IMG/VR virus record: IMGVR_UViG_3300031566_000016
Location: 1 to 64,000 of that record
Length of the DNA: 64,000 nt
Source: a virus
Strand: one strand, 5' to 3'
Below are positions 24,824-35,002 of the stretch, in pieces. Every line of letters begins with the position of its first letter. The first letter of the stretch is position 1. Position numbers and translations under genes: made by a program. The notes under the pieces were generated by a model, which was given only the letters and a program-made list of their open reading frames with translations, was not told the origin of the DNA and made no database searches.

Positions 24824-27655
24824 CTAACTTTCCGGCACCGACCATGGCCCGACCATCTCGCGCCCCTCGAACTGCGTCGTTCCCCGGCTCGGATCGTGGC
24901 GCACCCCCACCAGCCTGAACTTCAACCCATCGCACCCCGCCCACGCCGCCCCCTGTACCTGCGCCACCATCCCCACCTTCACCGCCACCGCCATCGGCGT
25001 CACGAACCGGATCTTCTTCGCCCGCACCCCCGACCGCGCCGCCAGTTGCGCCACCCGCTGATTCACGTCCTGCTGCGTCATCAGGGCGTCGTCATTCTCG
25101 ACCCGGCTCACCGTGAACCCGACAAAATCATCCCCCGGTGGCTCAGTATAGTCCAAAGCATCCGCGTTCCGCCAGTGCCCGAGTATCTGCCGATCATCAG
25201 ACCACTCCGCGGCGATCCTCGCATCGCGCCACCAGCGCCCCCGCAAGCTGTACTTCTTGTCCCGCCGCGCCGAGGTCCCGACAACCGTGATGCTGTTGGC
25301 ATAGTCCTGCCGGTCCAGCGCCGCGACCTCGCACCGAAAATCCCAAGCCGGCTGCACGCTGTACGGCCAGAACGGCGCCGCCTCCAGTGGGTCATTGAAG
25401 CCGTTCCACGTCACATCGGGCGTCAGATAGGCCACCAGGTCAACACCGCCGGTGATCCGCAGCGCGTCCGCCGCCAGGCACCCACTACTGTCCCACCCGT
25501 TGTCGCTGTGTGTCATCCACTCTAGCACATCGTTGCCGTTCCCATCCGTCCCCACCACGGCTTCCGTCCGCTTCGTGCGGCAGTACCGACAAGCCGTCTT
25601 GACCTTCCCGTCGCTCAGGTCGTAGTACAGCACCCCGCCGTAGCCGCCCCAGGGGTCGCCCTGGTCACTGCGGCTGTCGCCCCCCGCGAGGCTGCGCATG
25701 ACTTCCAGCCAACTCTTCCCGCGGCCATGCACGAGCTGGTCGCTCTCCGGGATGTCCAGGATGTCCTCCAGGTCGTACTGGCGCGCCCCGAAGCCATTCA
25801 TCTCCAGCCCGAAGCGCAGTGCGTCATAGACGCTCCATGACCGGAAGCACAGGTCGCTCTCCCCTTCCCACTGCGCCAGTGCCAGCCACCCGAGTGCGTC
25901 GATCAGGCTGATGCGCCCCTCCAAAAAGCCTGCTTCCACGGCCGCGATCCACATCTCTGCCCACGTCGCCGTCACATCAGTGTCCGCCCCACCATCGAGG
26001 TCCTCGTAGATCCAACCCACGTGGTTGAGCTTGACCGCCCGTCCCACGTTCCAGTCCGCCAGCGGTGCCGTCGCCGGGTCCACCCAGTCCCCCGGCGCCC
26101 CGATGGGCCCGAGGTTGCTCACGGTGAACCCGACACGCTGGTTGCCCTCCGCCTCCCCGTCAATGCCGATGTCCGCCACCGGCCGCGCCGGCACCGTGAA
26201 CGCCGGGGCCCCGTTGTCCGTCAGCACCGGCTCCTGCCAAATCTGCACGGCCTCCACGAACGGCGGCGTCTGCGTCAGCACGTCGTCGTAGATGGCCGCC
26301 CCCGTCGGGTAGACCCCCTCGCTGATCCGCAGGTCATACCGCATGTGGTCCGTCAGGCCGTCATCATCCGTCGCCACCGGCCCAACCAGCGAGACTGACA
26401 TGCCCTCCGTGTCCGGCAGCGTGTCCACGATCACCGGGGCTTCGTCCTCGGACGCCCGGGCCGCCCACGAGAAGGGCTGCCCCAACACCCGGCCCTGCAC
26501 CGTGGCCACATCCAGCGACGGCGCATACTTCGGCCAGGACCGTGCCGTCGCCACCGGGAACACATTCAGGTCCAGCCAGCACGTGAACTGGCCGGGGAAA
26601 TTGCTCACCAGAACCTGCCCGCTCGGGCAGACCGGCTCGTCCGCCCCCTCTACCAGGTAGTAGGCGAAGTTCTGGTCGTTCAAGTACCCACTTTGGCTCA
26701 CGCAGATCGCGTGGCCCATGGTGCCGATGTGGTACGTGTAGCCCTCATCGGCGGCCTTCTCGGCCTTGTACTCCTCCAGGTCGCCCTCTGTCCACGCCCG
26801 CGGCACGAAGTGACCGGCCGGGTTCGGATCGAAGGCCCACACCCAGTCGGCACCCACCCACTCGTAGAGCTGCGGCTTGCCCACCACCGGGCACCACAAC
26901 ATCCACTTGCCATAGGGGTAGGAGATCGTGTGCAGCGTCGTGTCGATGTGCAGCCCGCCCCAGGAGATCGTCGTCCCCGGCAACTCGTTGCCGAGGATAT
27001 ACGCTGCTGCCGCGACCGACTGCATGTAGGGAGAACACGCCTGCCGGCGGAAGCCCACCGTGAAGAACGGGTTCGGGGCCTGCCCCATGTGGCCATCCGC
27101 CAACTCGGGGCCCGAGAAACCGACCTCCGACCTGATCCAGTTCTGCGGCACGCTGCTGTCGCCCTCGTAGGCGACCTTCTGCGTCATATCGTAGAGAAGG
27201 CCGTCCGGGCGGAGAGTGAAGTCCCAGTAGGCGGTAAAGTCGTCGTAGGTGGCTCCCGTCGGGGAGAAGGTGTAGTAGTTCCAGAAGTCGTTGTGGATCG
27301 TCCCGGCGGGGGTCGGCCAATCTGGCGCGCCCGTGCTGGTGGTGACACCCCAGCGGCGCGTCGGGGTGTCGTCGCCGCGGATGGCCGGCACGGGCTGGCG
27401 GTAGTACGGTGTGGGGAGGATGCCCTTGAGATGCTGGCGGTTGATCGGGATGAGATGGGGGATGGCCTGCGCGCCGAACTGCGTCATCGTGTTCGCGGGG
27501 AAGGCGCTCGTGTAGAGCTTGCCAGCCTGGGCCAGCGAAGCGAGACGATCATAAAAGAAGAACCCCTCGCTGCCGGCAGCGATGCTGTACTCGCGCTTCC
27601 GGCTGTCGGCCAGCGCGACCTCGATCTTCGGCGTCTTGAACATCGGGTTCGGCAC
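24824..27655 (-). CDS. large tail tip/minor tail protein
   Basis: 943 aa, downstream of the tape measure; C-terminus YANSITVVG...VGMVAQV...RLVGVRHD resembles tail hub proteins. Confidence 0.6.
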   Translation of the reverse strand: MPNPMFKTPKIEVALADSRKREYSIAAGSEGFFFYDRLASLAQAGKLYTSAFPANTMTQFGAQAIPHLIPINRQHLKGILPTPYYRQPVPAIRGDDTPTRRWGVTTSTGAPDWPTPAGTIHNDFWNYYTFSPTGATYDDFTAYWDFTLRPDGLLYDMTQKVAYEGDSSVPQNWIRSEVGFSGPELADGHMGQAPNPFFTVGFRRQACSPYMQSVAAAAYILGNELPGTTISWGGLHIDTTLHTISYPYGKWMLWCPVVGKPQLYEWVGADWVWAFDPNPAGHFVPRAWTEGDLEEYKAEKAADEGYTYHIGTMGHAICVSQSGYLNDQNFAYYLVEGADEPVCPSGQVLVSNFPGQFTCWLDLNVFPVATARSWPKYAPSLDVATVQGRVLGQPFSWAARASEDEAPVIVDTLPDTEGMSVSLVGPVATDDDGLTDHMRYDLRISEGVYPTGAAIYDDVLTQTPPFVEAVQIWQEPVLTDNGAPAFTVPARPVADIGIDGEAEGNQRVGFTVSNLGPIGAPGDWVDPATAPLADWNVGRAVKLNHVGWIYEDLDGGADTDVTATWAEMWIAAVEAGFLEGRISLIDALGWLALAQWEGESDLCFRSWSVYDALRFGLEMNGFGARQYDLEDILDIPESDQLVHGRGKSWLEVMRSLAGGDSRSDQGDPWGGYGGVLYYDLSDGKVKTACRYCRTKRTEAVVGTDGNGNDVLEWMTHSDNGWDSSGCLAADALRITGGVDLVAYLTPDVTWNGFNDPLEAAPFWPYSVQPAWDFRCEVAALDRQDYANSITVVGTSARRDKKYSLRGRWWRDARIAAEWSDDRQILGHWRNADALDYTEPPGDDFVGFTVSRVENDDALMTQQDVNQRVAQLAARSGVRAKKIRFVTPMAVAVKVGMVAQVQGAAWAGCDGLKFRLVGVRHDPSRGTTQFEGREMVGPWSVPES

Positions 27656-27666
27656 GACACATCTCC

Positions 27667-28509
27667 TCAGACTGCGTGAAGGTCAACGAGCGACCAACTC
27701 GCGCCGCTGTCAACCGAGTCGTACTCCACGATCCCTGCGCCGGTCCCCGGCAGATCGTCCCACGCCGTGCCTGTCTTCGGCACCACCACGATCAGTTCCA
27801 TGGTCGCCGGGCGTCGGATGATCGCTGGCCGCCCTTCGTCCGCCGGCCCCACCACCACCGGGTCCCCGAGCGTCTCCAACGTCGCGTCCGCCCGGAACTG
27901 GTACGCCATGCACTTGCCCGCCGCCCCCTGGTACGCGCCCGGGAGATACCCCACGAGGCGCAGCACATCCCTATCACACCACAGGTTCGGGTACTCCAGG
28001 CCATCCACGTCCGCCGCCCAGACCGTCCCACTCAGATCCTTCTCATGCCACGTGGCGCCGCGGTCGGGGCTCGTGTTCAGGATCGTCTTCGCTCCATGCC
28101 AGACGGCCTCGAAAAAGCGCCAGTTGAACGGATGGACCACCAGCACCGGGAAGCGTGGAGACCCGAATGGTTCATAGACATTGACCACATCCCCCACCTG
28201 CGCCCACGTCTGTTGGTCATATACCCGGAACCGCACCGTGCCCCCGCCGATGCTCACCACGTAGACCCGGTTCTCGAACGGCACCCCGTAGGCCTCGACA
28301 TCGGTGAAGTCCGCCGGCGGGGTCCCCGTCTGGAGTGTCACTGGTGCGCCCCAGCCGCCGTCTAACGACGCGGAGGGCACAACCTTGAGCAACCCCCCGG
28401 TACTGACCACCAGCTCCGTCTGGGCGTCTCCTGGCAGCACGTTCGCCACGGCTGAGGTATCCGCGGCGAGGGTGTCCACTGTCGTCCGTTCCGACCAGGT
28501 GTAGGCCAT
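27667..28509 (-). CDS. minor tail protein with BNR/Asp-box-like motifs
   Basis: SPDRGATW, SVDSGASW. Confidence 0.55.
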   Translation of the reverse strand: MAYTWSERTTVDTLAADTSAVANVLPGDAQTELVVSTGGLLKVVPSASLDGGWGAPVTLQTGTPPADFTDVEAYGVPFENRVYVVSIGGGTVRFRVYDQQTWAQVGDVVNVYEPFGSPRFPVLVVHPFNWRFFEAVWHGAKTILNTSPDRGATWHEKDLSGTVWAADVDGLEYPNLWCDRDVLRLVGYLPGAYQGAAGKCMAYQFRADATLETLGDPVVVGPADEGRPAIIRRPATMELIVVVPKTGTAWDDLPGTGAGIVEYDSVDSGASWSLVDLHAV

Positions 28510-28967
28510 CAGGGAAGCAACTCCAACTCGTGCAACGCCTCTACGACCAGCCGGGCTATGCCACTCACGAAGTAGGCGAACTCTTCCTCTGGAGAGAATG
28601 CACCGGCCGGGGCATCCGACAGATCCCAATCCACCGAATTGCCCCGTTTGCGCCGCCACCAGGCCGCTGCCGCGTGGACAGACTCATGGACAATGGTTGA
28701 CGTGCCCAGGGCTGTGCGACACAGATACATCGTGCCGAACTCGCGACCGACAACCTGCCTTCCATTGGTCTCTCTGCACAAGCGGTATCGGCAGAAAGCG
28801 CCCTTCGTTACGCGATTGTTTTTGGAGGCATTGAGATGCCCTGCGGAACGCGCTGCTGCCACCATCTGTTTGCGCTTCTCAAACACCCGGACATTGAAGC
28901 ACAGCCCATGTTTCGTCTCAGGCCAGATCGTGAACCACGCCACTTGTCCCTCGGGGAGGTCGCTCAT
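28509..28967 (-). CDS. HEXXH minimal metallopeptidase-like protein inserted in the tail module
   Basis: IVHESVH...EEEFAY; AT-richer than its flanks. Confidence 0.55.
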   Translation of the reverse strand: MSDLPEGQVAWFTIWPETKHGLCFNVRVFEKRKQMVAAARSAGHLNASKNNRVTKGAFCRYRLCRETNGRQVVGREFGTMYLCRTALGTSTIVHESVHAAAAWWRRKRGNSVDWDLSDAPAGAFSPEEEFAYFVSGIARLVVEALHELELLP

Positions 28968-29845
28968 TTGCTTTGTACCTTCCACCATCCCACGCTGCCA
29001 TCCGTCGCCAGCCCCGCGTCCGTCACCAGCAGCGTGTCCGCGACCGCGTGGTGCCCGATGCTCAGGTTCGCTGCTGCCGCCAGACGGTACTTGCGGAAGT
29101 TCGTCTGGATCGCCCCCAACCAGTTGTCCCCCACCTGTGACACCGCATACATGCACCCGTCCCCGTCTACGGCCAGTTGGTCGTAGTAGTCCCAGAAGCC
29201 CTCCGCAAACAGTTCCCCGGCCACATCCCAGTCGCCAGGGTCGCCCCCGGCTGCGACGAACGGAACCCAGCCGGCCCACAGGTGGCTCGTGGCCGATACT
29301 ATCGCCGGCTGATCATCGTCATCCACCACCACCGCAATCGGCGCCGCCGTCCCGCACCCCCAAATGGTCGCCGCCACTGTCCCCGCGCGGTACGTCTCGA
29401 AGCCTGCCCCGGCCGCGCTCTTGCCACCTCCGGCCAGCCAGAGCCGCGACACCAGTTCCGCTACCTCCGGGCTCCCCACGGACACCCACGTATCCACCAG
29501 CACATCGTCGCAGTAGCACTCGGCGTAGTGGGCTCCTCCCTCATCTATCACCATGCGGAAGCGCAACTCCACGTCCAGTGCCCCTGCCGTGAACCCCTGC
29601 ACAAGCGTGCCCGCCCCGCTCGTCGTCACGGAATAGTCGGACCAGAAGAACTCCGCATCCGTCGGGCCCCAGTAGAGCAGCCCTTGTGTCGCACCGTCGC
29701 CGACCACACGGAAGTACATGATGCCGTTGACGCCGAACCACTCTCCGCCATACCACACGGCATCGTCCAGAAGCGTCGCTTGCGCCTGAGTAGCCTTCAG
29801 GCGCAGCGTCACGTCGGCGACGGAGCAGTACCGCAGGGCAGCCAT
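28964..29845 (-). CDS. distal/minor tail protein
   Basis: Immediately after the tape measure; beta-rich. Confidence 0.55.
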   Translation of the reverse strand: MAALRYCSVADVTLRLKATQAQATLLDDAVWYGGEWFGVNGIMYFRVVGDGATQGLLYWGPTDAEFFWSDYSVTTSGAGTLVQGFTAGALDVELRFRMVIDEGGAHYAECYCDDVLVDTWVSVGSPEVAELVSRLWLAGGGKSAAGAGFETYRAGTVAATIWGCGTAAPIAVVVDDDDQPAIVSATSHLWAGWVPFVAAGGDPGDWDVAGELFAEGFWDYYDQLAVDGDGCMYAVSQVGDNWLGAIQTNFRKYRLAAAANLSIGHHAVADTLLVTDAGLATDGSVGWWKVQSK

Positions 29846-29848
29846 GGT

Positions 29849-32608
29849 CTACGTCAGTCCTGTCGCGGGGCCACCGACATTCTGGTAGCGCACCATGTTC
29901 TTGATCTCGCCCCGCAGCACCACGCGGATGGTCTCCTTGTCCGTGCGAGCGTCAATCTGCACCGTCTGGGTGCCACCCTGCGGGTTGTAGCCCACCGGCT
30001 CCAGCCCGGGCGGCGGAGTCAACATCGCCTGCCTGCCATCTGGCGGGGCTGGCGTGTTGTTGTTGAGGTCCTGCTTTATCCGAAGCAACTTGACCCCGCT
30101 CTGGAAAGAAAGCTGTTCGGCCATTTTCCATGCCTTTTCCAGCAGATCCATCTGCTTGTTCCACAAATCCAGTTGTCCCGCAAGCGCGTAGCCGATCCAC
30201 TTGAAGTACATCCCCGCCATGGCCTGAAAGATCTCCCACTTGATCTTCATCTCCAGCAAGCCAAGCAGTTGCACCAGGAGATCGATGATGTCGATCAGCA
30301 CTTGCTTCGGATGTCCCCCGAGATACTCAATCCAACCAGCCACCGCCTGCAATACCGACGTGACGCCGGTATCCATGACATCCGCGATCGTGTTCACCAC
30401 AGCGGCCACCGTCTCCAGTACCTTCGTGATCTGCGGCCACTGGGTGATGATGAAGTTCAGCACCCGCATGATCGTCCCGAGGAACCTCATCACCGTCGGG
30501 ATCATGTGGCTGCTTAGGTGTGTGCGGAAGTACTCCATGAAGAGCAGCAATACCGCAACCCCACGGTACGCCAGCGCGATCAGCCACGGCAGCAACGCCT
30601 GCGCCGCCGCGATTAGCACCGGGATCGCATTGACGGCCGCTTGTGCGATTTCTAGGGCAATGTCCGCGAACGCATCCACCATGTCCTTCAGGAGCGGCAG
30701 CAGTTGCGGTAGACACTCAATCACGCGAAGCACGCCAGTTGTAAAAGTCACGAACCAGCGGACGATGCTGTCCTTGTTCTGCGAGAGGAAGTCCGTCAGG
30801 AAGTTGCCCACGCCCGTCAACGCCGCCACGAGGAACGGTAGCACAACGCCCGCCACCCGCAGCAGCAACGGTATGAAGGCCTGCCCGAAGCGAACAAGCA
30901 TCGGCACGATCTCCGCGAAGGCGTAGGAGAACAGCCGGGGGAGCCACTGCAGAAAGCCGATGATCGACGGCAGCACCTTCACCGCGCCCTGGAACATCTG
31001 CCAGATGGCCTGCCCGAGCGACAAGAGGATGTCTCGGATAGCCCCGATGGCCGTCGGTCCCAGATACCTCAGCAGCGCCCCGAAGCCCGCCACCAGGTTG
31101 ATGAGTACGCCCTGCAGCGCCCCGATGGCCCCTGACTGCCGCGCCGTCTCGATGAGTTCACGCAGGATGCCAACAAACCACATGAACCACTGCGCCACCG
31201 GTCCCTTGATGACCAGCGTCTCCAGGTTCTGCAGGTTGTTCTTCAGGAGTTGCCACGCCCCTGCCAGCGTGTTCAACTGGTCCGCCGCGGCCGCCGCCGC
31301 TACGCCCTGCTCGTCCAACTGTGACCGAAACAACTTTATCTGTTGGACTGAGGCTGCCATCGCCGCCATGATGCCATAGGCGCCGCGCGTGCCAAAGGCG
31401 TTGATAATCATCTGCGTGAACGCCTTCTGACCGATGCGTTGGCGTAGGGCGTCCAACTTCTCCAGCGAGGCAATCAGACTACCCGTGCGAATGACCGAAA
31501 ACTCCTTGAGGTCCGCGCCAAAGGCCGCAAAGGCCTTCCTGGCATTGGGGATCTCCCGCGAGAGCGAGATCAGCGTCTGCCGGAAGTACACCCCGGCCAT
31601 GCTGCCCTTCAACCCCACTTGGTAGAAGCCCTCCAGGACCGCCACAGTGTCCTTGAGCGACATGCCGAACATCGCCGCTGCCGGCCCAGCGTACTTCATA
31701 GCTTCGACGAGCTTGCTCATCTCCGCAGCCGAGTAACGCACAGCATTGAAGAGAATGTCTGAGACCTGCGCCGCATACTGCGCCGGGATCTTGAAGGCCG
31801 TCATCACTGCGGCCATCATCATCGTGGTGTTCTCGATGCCGTACAGCGTCGCACTGGCGAGGTTGAGCGCCGCCTCGGTCAATGACTCGACTTCCTGGCG
31901 CGTGGTGTACCCGTAGGAATAGATCTGGTACATCGCATCGGCGACTTCCGACGCCATGTACCGCATCCGTGAGGACATCTCGATCGCGAACCGTTCGACC
32001 TCAGTGCGCGACGCCATCGCTGCTGCGCCGAACTGCCCAAGCACCGTCGCCGTGTTCGCCGCCGACTGCTGCAACTCCGCATAGGCGGCCACACCAGTCC
32101 GCACCATCCCCGCCAGCGCCTCGGCCCCGCGCCTCGCCCAGTAGACGGTCTGCTCCCCCAGCCACTGCACGGCCTTCCCCGTGTAGCTGAAGATGGTTTG
32201 CCCCAGGCGCACATACAACCCCATGAGCCACAGCGCGCCGCGCACTCCCGCCTGTGCCATGGCGAGCAGCGCATCCTGCACCCGCTGGGCGATGGCCCAC
32301 AAGTCCTTCAACGCGCCTTCCACGGACTTGTAGCCGACATACAAGAGGGCCACGGCCCCCACGATGCCCATGATCCCCGGAACACTCATCCCCGCCGGCA
32401 GCAGATTCCCCAAAGACAAAAGCGAGCGCCGCAGTGCAAACATCCCTGCGATGCCCGCTACGTTGCCCAAGCCCGGGATGACGTTCTCCCCACCGCCACC
32501 CGTGGAACCACCAGCCGTGGCCCCGCCTCCGCCCCCAGTTCCCCCAGCGGGCAGGCCGGTGATGCTTCCGACATTGATGTCGATGTCTAGCTGTGCCCGG
32601 CGTGCCAC
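29849..32608 (-). CDS. tape measure protein (TP901-family core)
   Basis: AMKYAGPAAAMFGMSLKDT...GLKGSMAG; long amphipathic/hydrophobic helices. Confidence 0.9.
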   Translation of the reverse strand: MARRAQLDIDINVGSITGLPAGGTGGGGGATAGGSTGGGGENVIPGLGNVAGIAGMFALRRSLLSLGNLLPAGMSVPGIMGIVGAVALLYVGYKSVEGALKDLWAIAQRVQDALLAMAQAGVRGALWLMGLYVRLGQTIFSYTGKAVQWLGEQTVYWARRGAEALAGMVRTGVAAYAELQQSAANTATVLGQFGAAAMASRTEVERFAIEMSSRMRYMASEVADAMYQIYSYGYTTRQEVESLTEAALNLASATLYGIENTTMMMAAVMTAFKIPAQYAAQVSDILFNAVRYSAAEMSKLVEAMKYAGPAAAMFGMSLKDTVAVLEGFYQVGLKGSMAGVYFRQTLISLSREIPNARKAFAAFGADLKEFSVIRTGSLIASLEKLDALRQRIGQKAFTQMIINAFGTRGAYGIMAAMAASVQQIKLFRSQLDEQGVAAAAAADQLNTLAGAWQLLKNNLQNLETLVIKGPVAQWFMWFVGILRELIETARQSGAIGALQGVLINLVAGFGALLRYLGPTAIGAIRDILLSLGQAIWQMFQGAVKVLPSIIGFLQWLPRLFSYAFAEIVPMLVRFGQAFIPLLLRVAGVVLPFLVAALTGVGNFLTDFLSQNKDSIVRWFVTFTTGVLRVIECLPQLLPLLKDMVDAFADIALEIAQAAVNAIPVLIAAAQALLPWLIALAYRGVAVLLLFMEYFRTHLSSHMIPTVMRFLGTIMRVLNFIITQWPQITKVLETVAAVVNTIADVMDTGVTSVLQAVAGWIEYLGGHPKQVLIDIIDLLVQLLGLLEMKIKWEIFQAMAGMYFKWIGYALAGQLDLWNKQMDLLEKAWKMAEQLSFQSGVKLLRIKQDLNNNTPAPPDGRQAMLTPPPGLEPVGYNPQGGTQTVQIDARTDKETIRVVLRGEIKNMVRYQNVGGPATGLT

Positions 32609-33099
32609 GCTGCTGCTTCCTCCTCCGTCAGGTCCCGCGCCTCCCCCTCGTCCGACTTCACCCCGCCGCCGTTCTGCACCACCATCTCCCGCATCCGCAC
32701 GGCCTCACACGCCAACAACAGCAGGGAAGCCCGATACTGGTTCTGCTCCCGCAGCGGCCGGCCGTCCGCGAACTGCCCCATCACCACCTGCCACCGCGCC
32801 TCGTAGAAGAGTTCGTCGAGCACCCGCGCCACCCAACTCTCCCACGCGCCCGCCGCCTCCTGCTCGACGATCTCGGCGGTCTCTTCCCGCCACTGCTTCT
32901 CCCGCTGCTTTGATCCAACCCGGAACGCCGCGATCTCTTCCTTGGTGCTCTTGTAGGTCAGCGGCTTCGGCGGTACGGCTACTCCGGCCTGCCGCACCAC
33001 CTCGCCGGCCTCATCCCCGGCTGCTTTCCAGACCTGCGCCCACGGGTCCCACTTGCCGGTTCGGATGAACCGTTCGGCGCAGGCCCTCAGCCGTTTCCC
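32587..33099 (-). CDS. tail assembly chaperone -1 frameshift extension (gpT-like)
   Basis: Open -1 frame from the slippery site to the stop at 32587. Confidence 0.7.
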   Translation of the reverse strand, partial: GKRLRACAERFIRTGKWDPWAQVWKAAGDEAGEVVRQAGVAVPPKPLTYKSTKEEIAAFRVGSKQREKQWREETAEIVEQEAAGAWESWVARVLDELFYEARWQVVMGQFADGRPLREQNQYRASLLLLACEAVRMREMVVQNGGGVKSDEGEARDLTEEEAAAWHAGHS

Positions 33100-33659
33100 A
33101 ATGCCTTGAACTGCTTGTCGAACTGCTCATCCCGGCCGTCGCGCGCCGCCACGTAGTCCATGAAGGCAGTCCACAGGATGCGCAGCCCCTTGCTCTTGGG
33201 CAGCATCAGCTTGTCCAGCACGGCCTCGTTCGCCTTGTTGTGACCATCCTTCGATGGATCATACGAGACGGGTTCGTTCGTGGGTCCCATGGGCAGGCAG
33301 AACCCCGTCGTCTGGGCCCACCAACGCAGTCGGAAAAGCTGGTCGGCGTTCAGGTTCGCCTGCGGAACGAACTGCTGGCCACCCTTGCCCCGCACGGCGC
33401 CGCCCATCCGCTGCCACTTGTCAGTGATCGCCCCGTCGCTCTTGGGCGCTTGCGTTTCGATGTAGAACTGCCCGCTGTACTCCTCGTTGACCACATTCAG
33501 CGGCAGTCGCACCGGGCCATCGTCCCCCATCGCCAGCGTCAGCGACAGCGCCGGCTCCTCCGGCTCCTGCTCATCTGCGGCTTCCTCGATCTCGTCCACC
33601 AATGCCATCTCGTCCAACTCGCTCATCGTCACCATCTCCTTGTCTATGTCCGGGCTCAT
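33087..33659 (-). CDS. tail assembly chaperone (gpG-like)
   Basis: Lies between tube and tape measure and ends in the slippery site. Confidence 0.7.
   Translation of the reverse strand: MSPDIDKEMVTMSELDEMALVDEIEEAADEQEPEEPALSLTLAMGDDGPVRLPLNVVNEEYSGQFYIETQAPKSDGAITDKWQRMGGAVRGKGGQQFVPQANLNADQLFRLRWWAQTTGFCLPMGPTNEPVSYDPSKDGHNKANEAVLDKLMLPKSKGLRILWTAFMDYVAARDGRDEQFDKQFKALGNG
33093..33099 (-). other. -1 ribosomal frameshift heptamer G GGA AAC
   Basis: XXXYYYZ in the correct phase, one codon before the chaperone stop. Confidence 0.8.
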
Positions 33660-33949
33660 GCCCGTGGTCGCACCAGATCCATCATGCCCTTCACAATGCG
33701 GAACCCGTCCTGATAGTCGCCATAGTCGCCCTCAATCCCATGCAGCCCCAACCCCACGCGCGCGACCCATGCCTCCACCTCGTCCTGCACCTCCGGCTCG
33801 CACTCCACATAGAACGTGACGTGCCGCCGAGCATCCACCTCCGCCCGCAACCCCTCCCGCCGCACAAGCCCCTTCGCCAACAATACCGCCACGGCGGTCA
33901 CCTGATGGACCTCTACCGTGGCGGCGGAAACAGCGTTTTCAGTTGACAT
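33656..33949 (-). CDS. hypothetical protein
   Basis: AGGAG RBS; coupled to the chaperone. Confidence 0.55.
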   Translation of the reverse strand: MSTENAVSAATVEVHQVTAVAVLLAKGLVRREGLRAEVDARRHVTFYVECEPEVQDEVEAWVARVGLGLHGIEGDYGDYQDGFRIVKGMMDLVRPRA

Positions 33950-33989
33950 CTCCTGTTCGCTCCCTCGGGGAGTGATACACACCGACTTC

Positions 33990-34967
33990 CTAGCTGGCCG
34001 CCGCCTCCGACGGCAGGCACGCCGGGAGTGTGATGTCATCCAGCGGACACAACGCCTGGAAGGCAATGCCCTCCTGCTTCACGAACCCGCCAGTCCCCGG
34101 CTTCAGCGGCGCAGCGGTGTACTTGATCCGCGGCATGTCGAAGGTCGCCGCGTCACCCGCCGGTCGCGTCAGCACCACCCGATACGCGCCCTCTGTCCCG
34201 AGCAGAAACGCTGACCGCAGCGCCGAAGACGTGAACCACTGATCGAATGTCACCGTCCAGTTGCTCCACTCGCGGTTCGGGTTGTCGTAGATCGTCGTGA
34301 CCCCGGCCAGCGAGGGCACTTCCTCCAGCATGTTGTCGAAGTTGAGCGTGTGGTTCTTCGTCACCAGCGTTGCCGCCAGAACCCCACCCACCGTCGGGGC
34401 GATGCTGAAGGCCGCTTCGGCGAAGCCATACGGCGTCAGACTGCCGTCTACGAAGGTCAGGTCCAGGTCCCCGCCCGTCGGCCACGCCCCATCCGTCGTC
34501 GGCAGCGCCGACCCCTGCAGGTCCAATTCCGCCTGCACATAGTCGATCCCCGCATCCAACTTGATCGACCCGGACTTCACCTTCACGTCCATGTACTGCT
34601 CGACCCACTCGTTGCTCTGCCCAAGGTTGATGACCTTGATGATCGTGGCGTAGTACCCCTGGTAGTTGCCGGTACCGTCATACCGGCCCCACAGCCAGTT
34701 GTACAGGTCGCCCGCGCCCACCCACCCGGGCGACAGTGGCAGCACGATCTTCCCTTCGATCTTGTTTCCCCGGTTCGCGTACAACGAGAGCCCGCGATAC
34801 CCGCCGCCAGACTGGAAGAAGTTGTAGTCGGGCGACACGTCAATGTCGCAGTCTTCCTTCGTCGGGATCTCGACAAACGACGTGGCCACGGCGCCCTTAT
34901 TGGTCTGGAGGCCGAAACAGATGCGGGCTTCCTTGTGGGAAGCCCAGATGGGTCCGTTGTATGCCAT
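33990..34967 (-). CDS. major tail tube protein
   Basis: FGLQTNKG...IEGKI...YMDVKVKSGSI...FDMPRIKY; position in the module. Confidence 0.75.
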   Translation of the reverse strand: MAYNGPIWASHKEARICFGLQTNKGAVATSFVEIPTKEDCDIDVSPDYNFFQSGGGYRGLSLYANRGNKIEGKIVLPLSPGWVGAGDLYNWLWGRYDGTGNYQGYYATIIKVINLGQSNEWVEQYMDVKVKSGSIKLDAGIDYVQAELDLQGSALPTTDGAWPTGGDLDLTFVDGSLTPYGFAEAAFSIAPTVGGVLAATLVTKNHTLNFDNMLEEVPSLAGVTTIYDNPNREWSNWTVTFDQWFTSSALRSAFLLGTEGAYRVVLTRPAGDAATFDMPRIKYTAAPLKPGTGGFVKQEGIAFQALCPLDDITLPACLPSEAAAS

Positions 34968-35002
34968 GGGACTTCGACCTCCCGTGATTGCTGTCTGGTC
35001 TG

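Noticed and set aside
16486-27655. Diversity-generating retroelement or shufflon acting on fibre genes
   Set aside because: No reverse transcriptase, no TR/VR pair and no inverted alternative C-termini seen.
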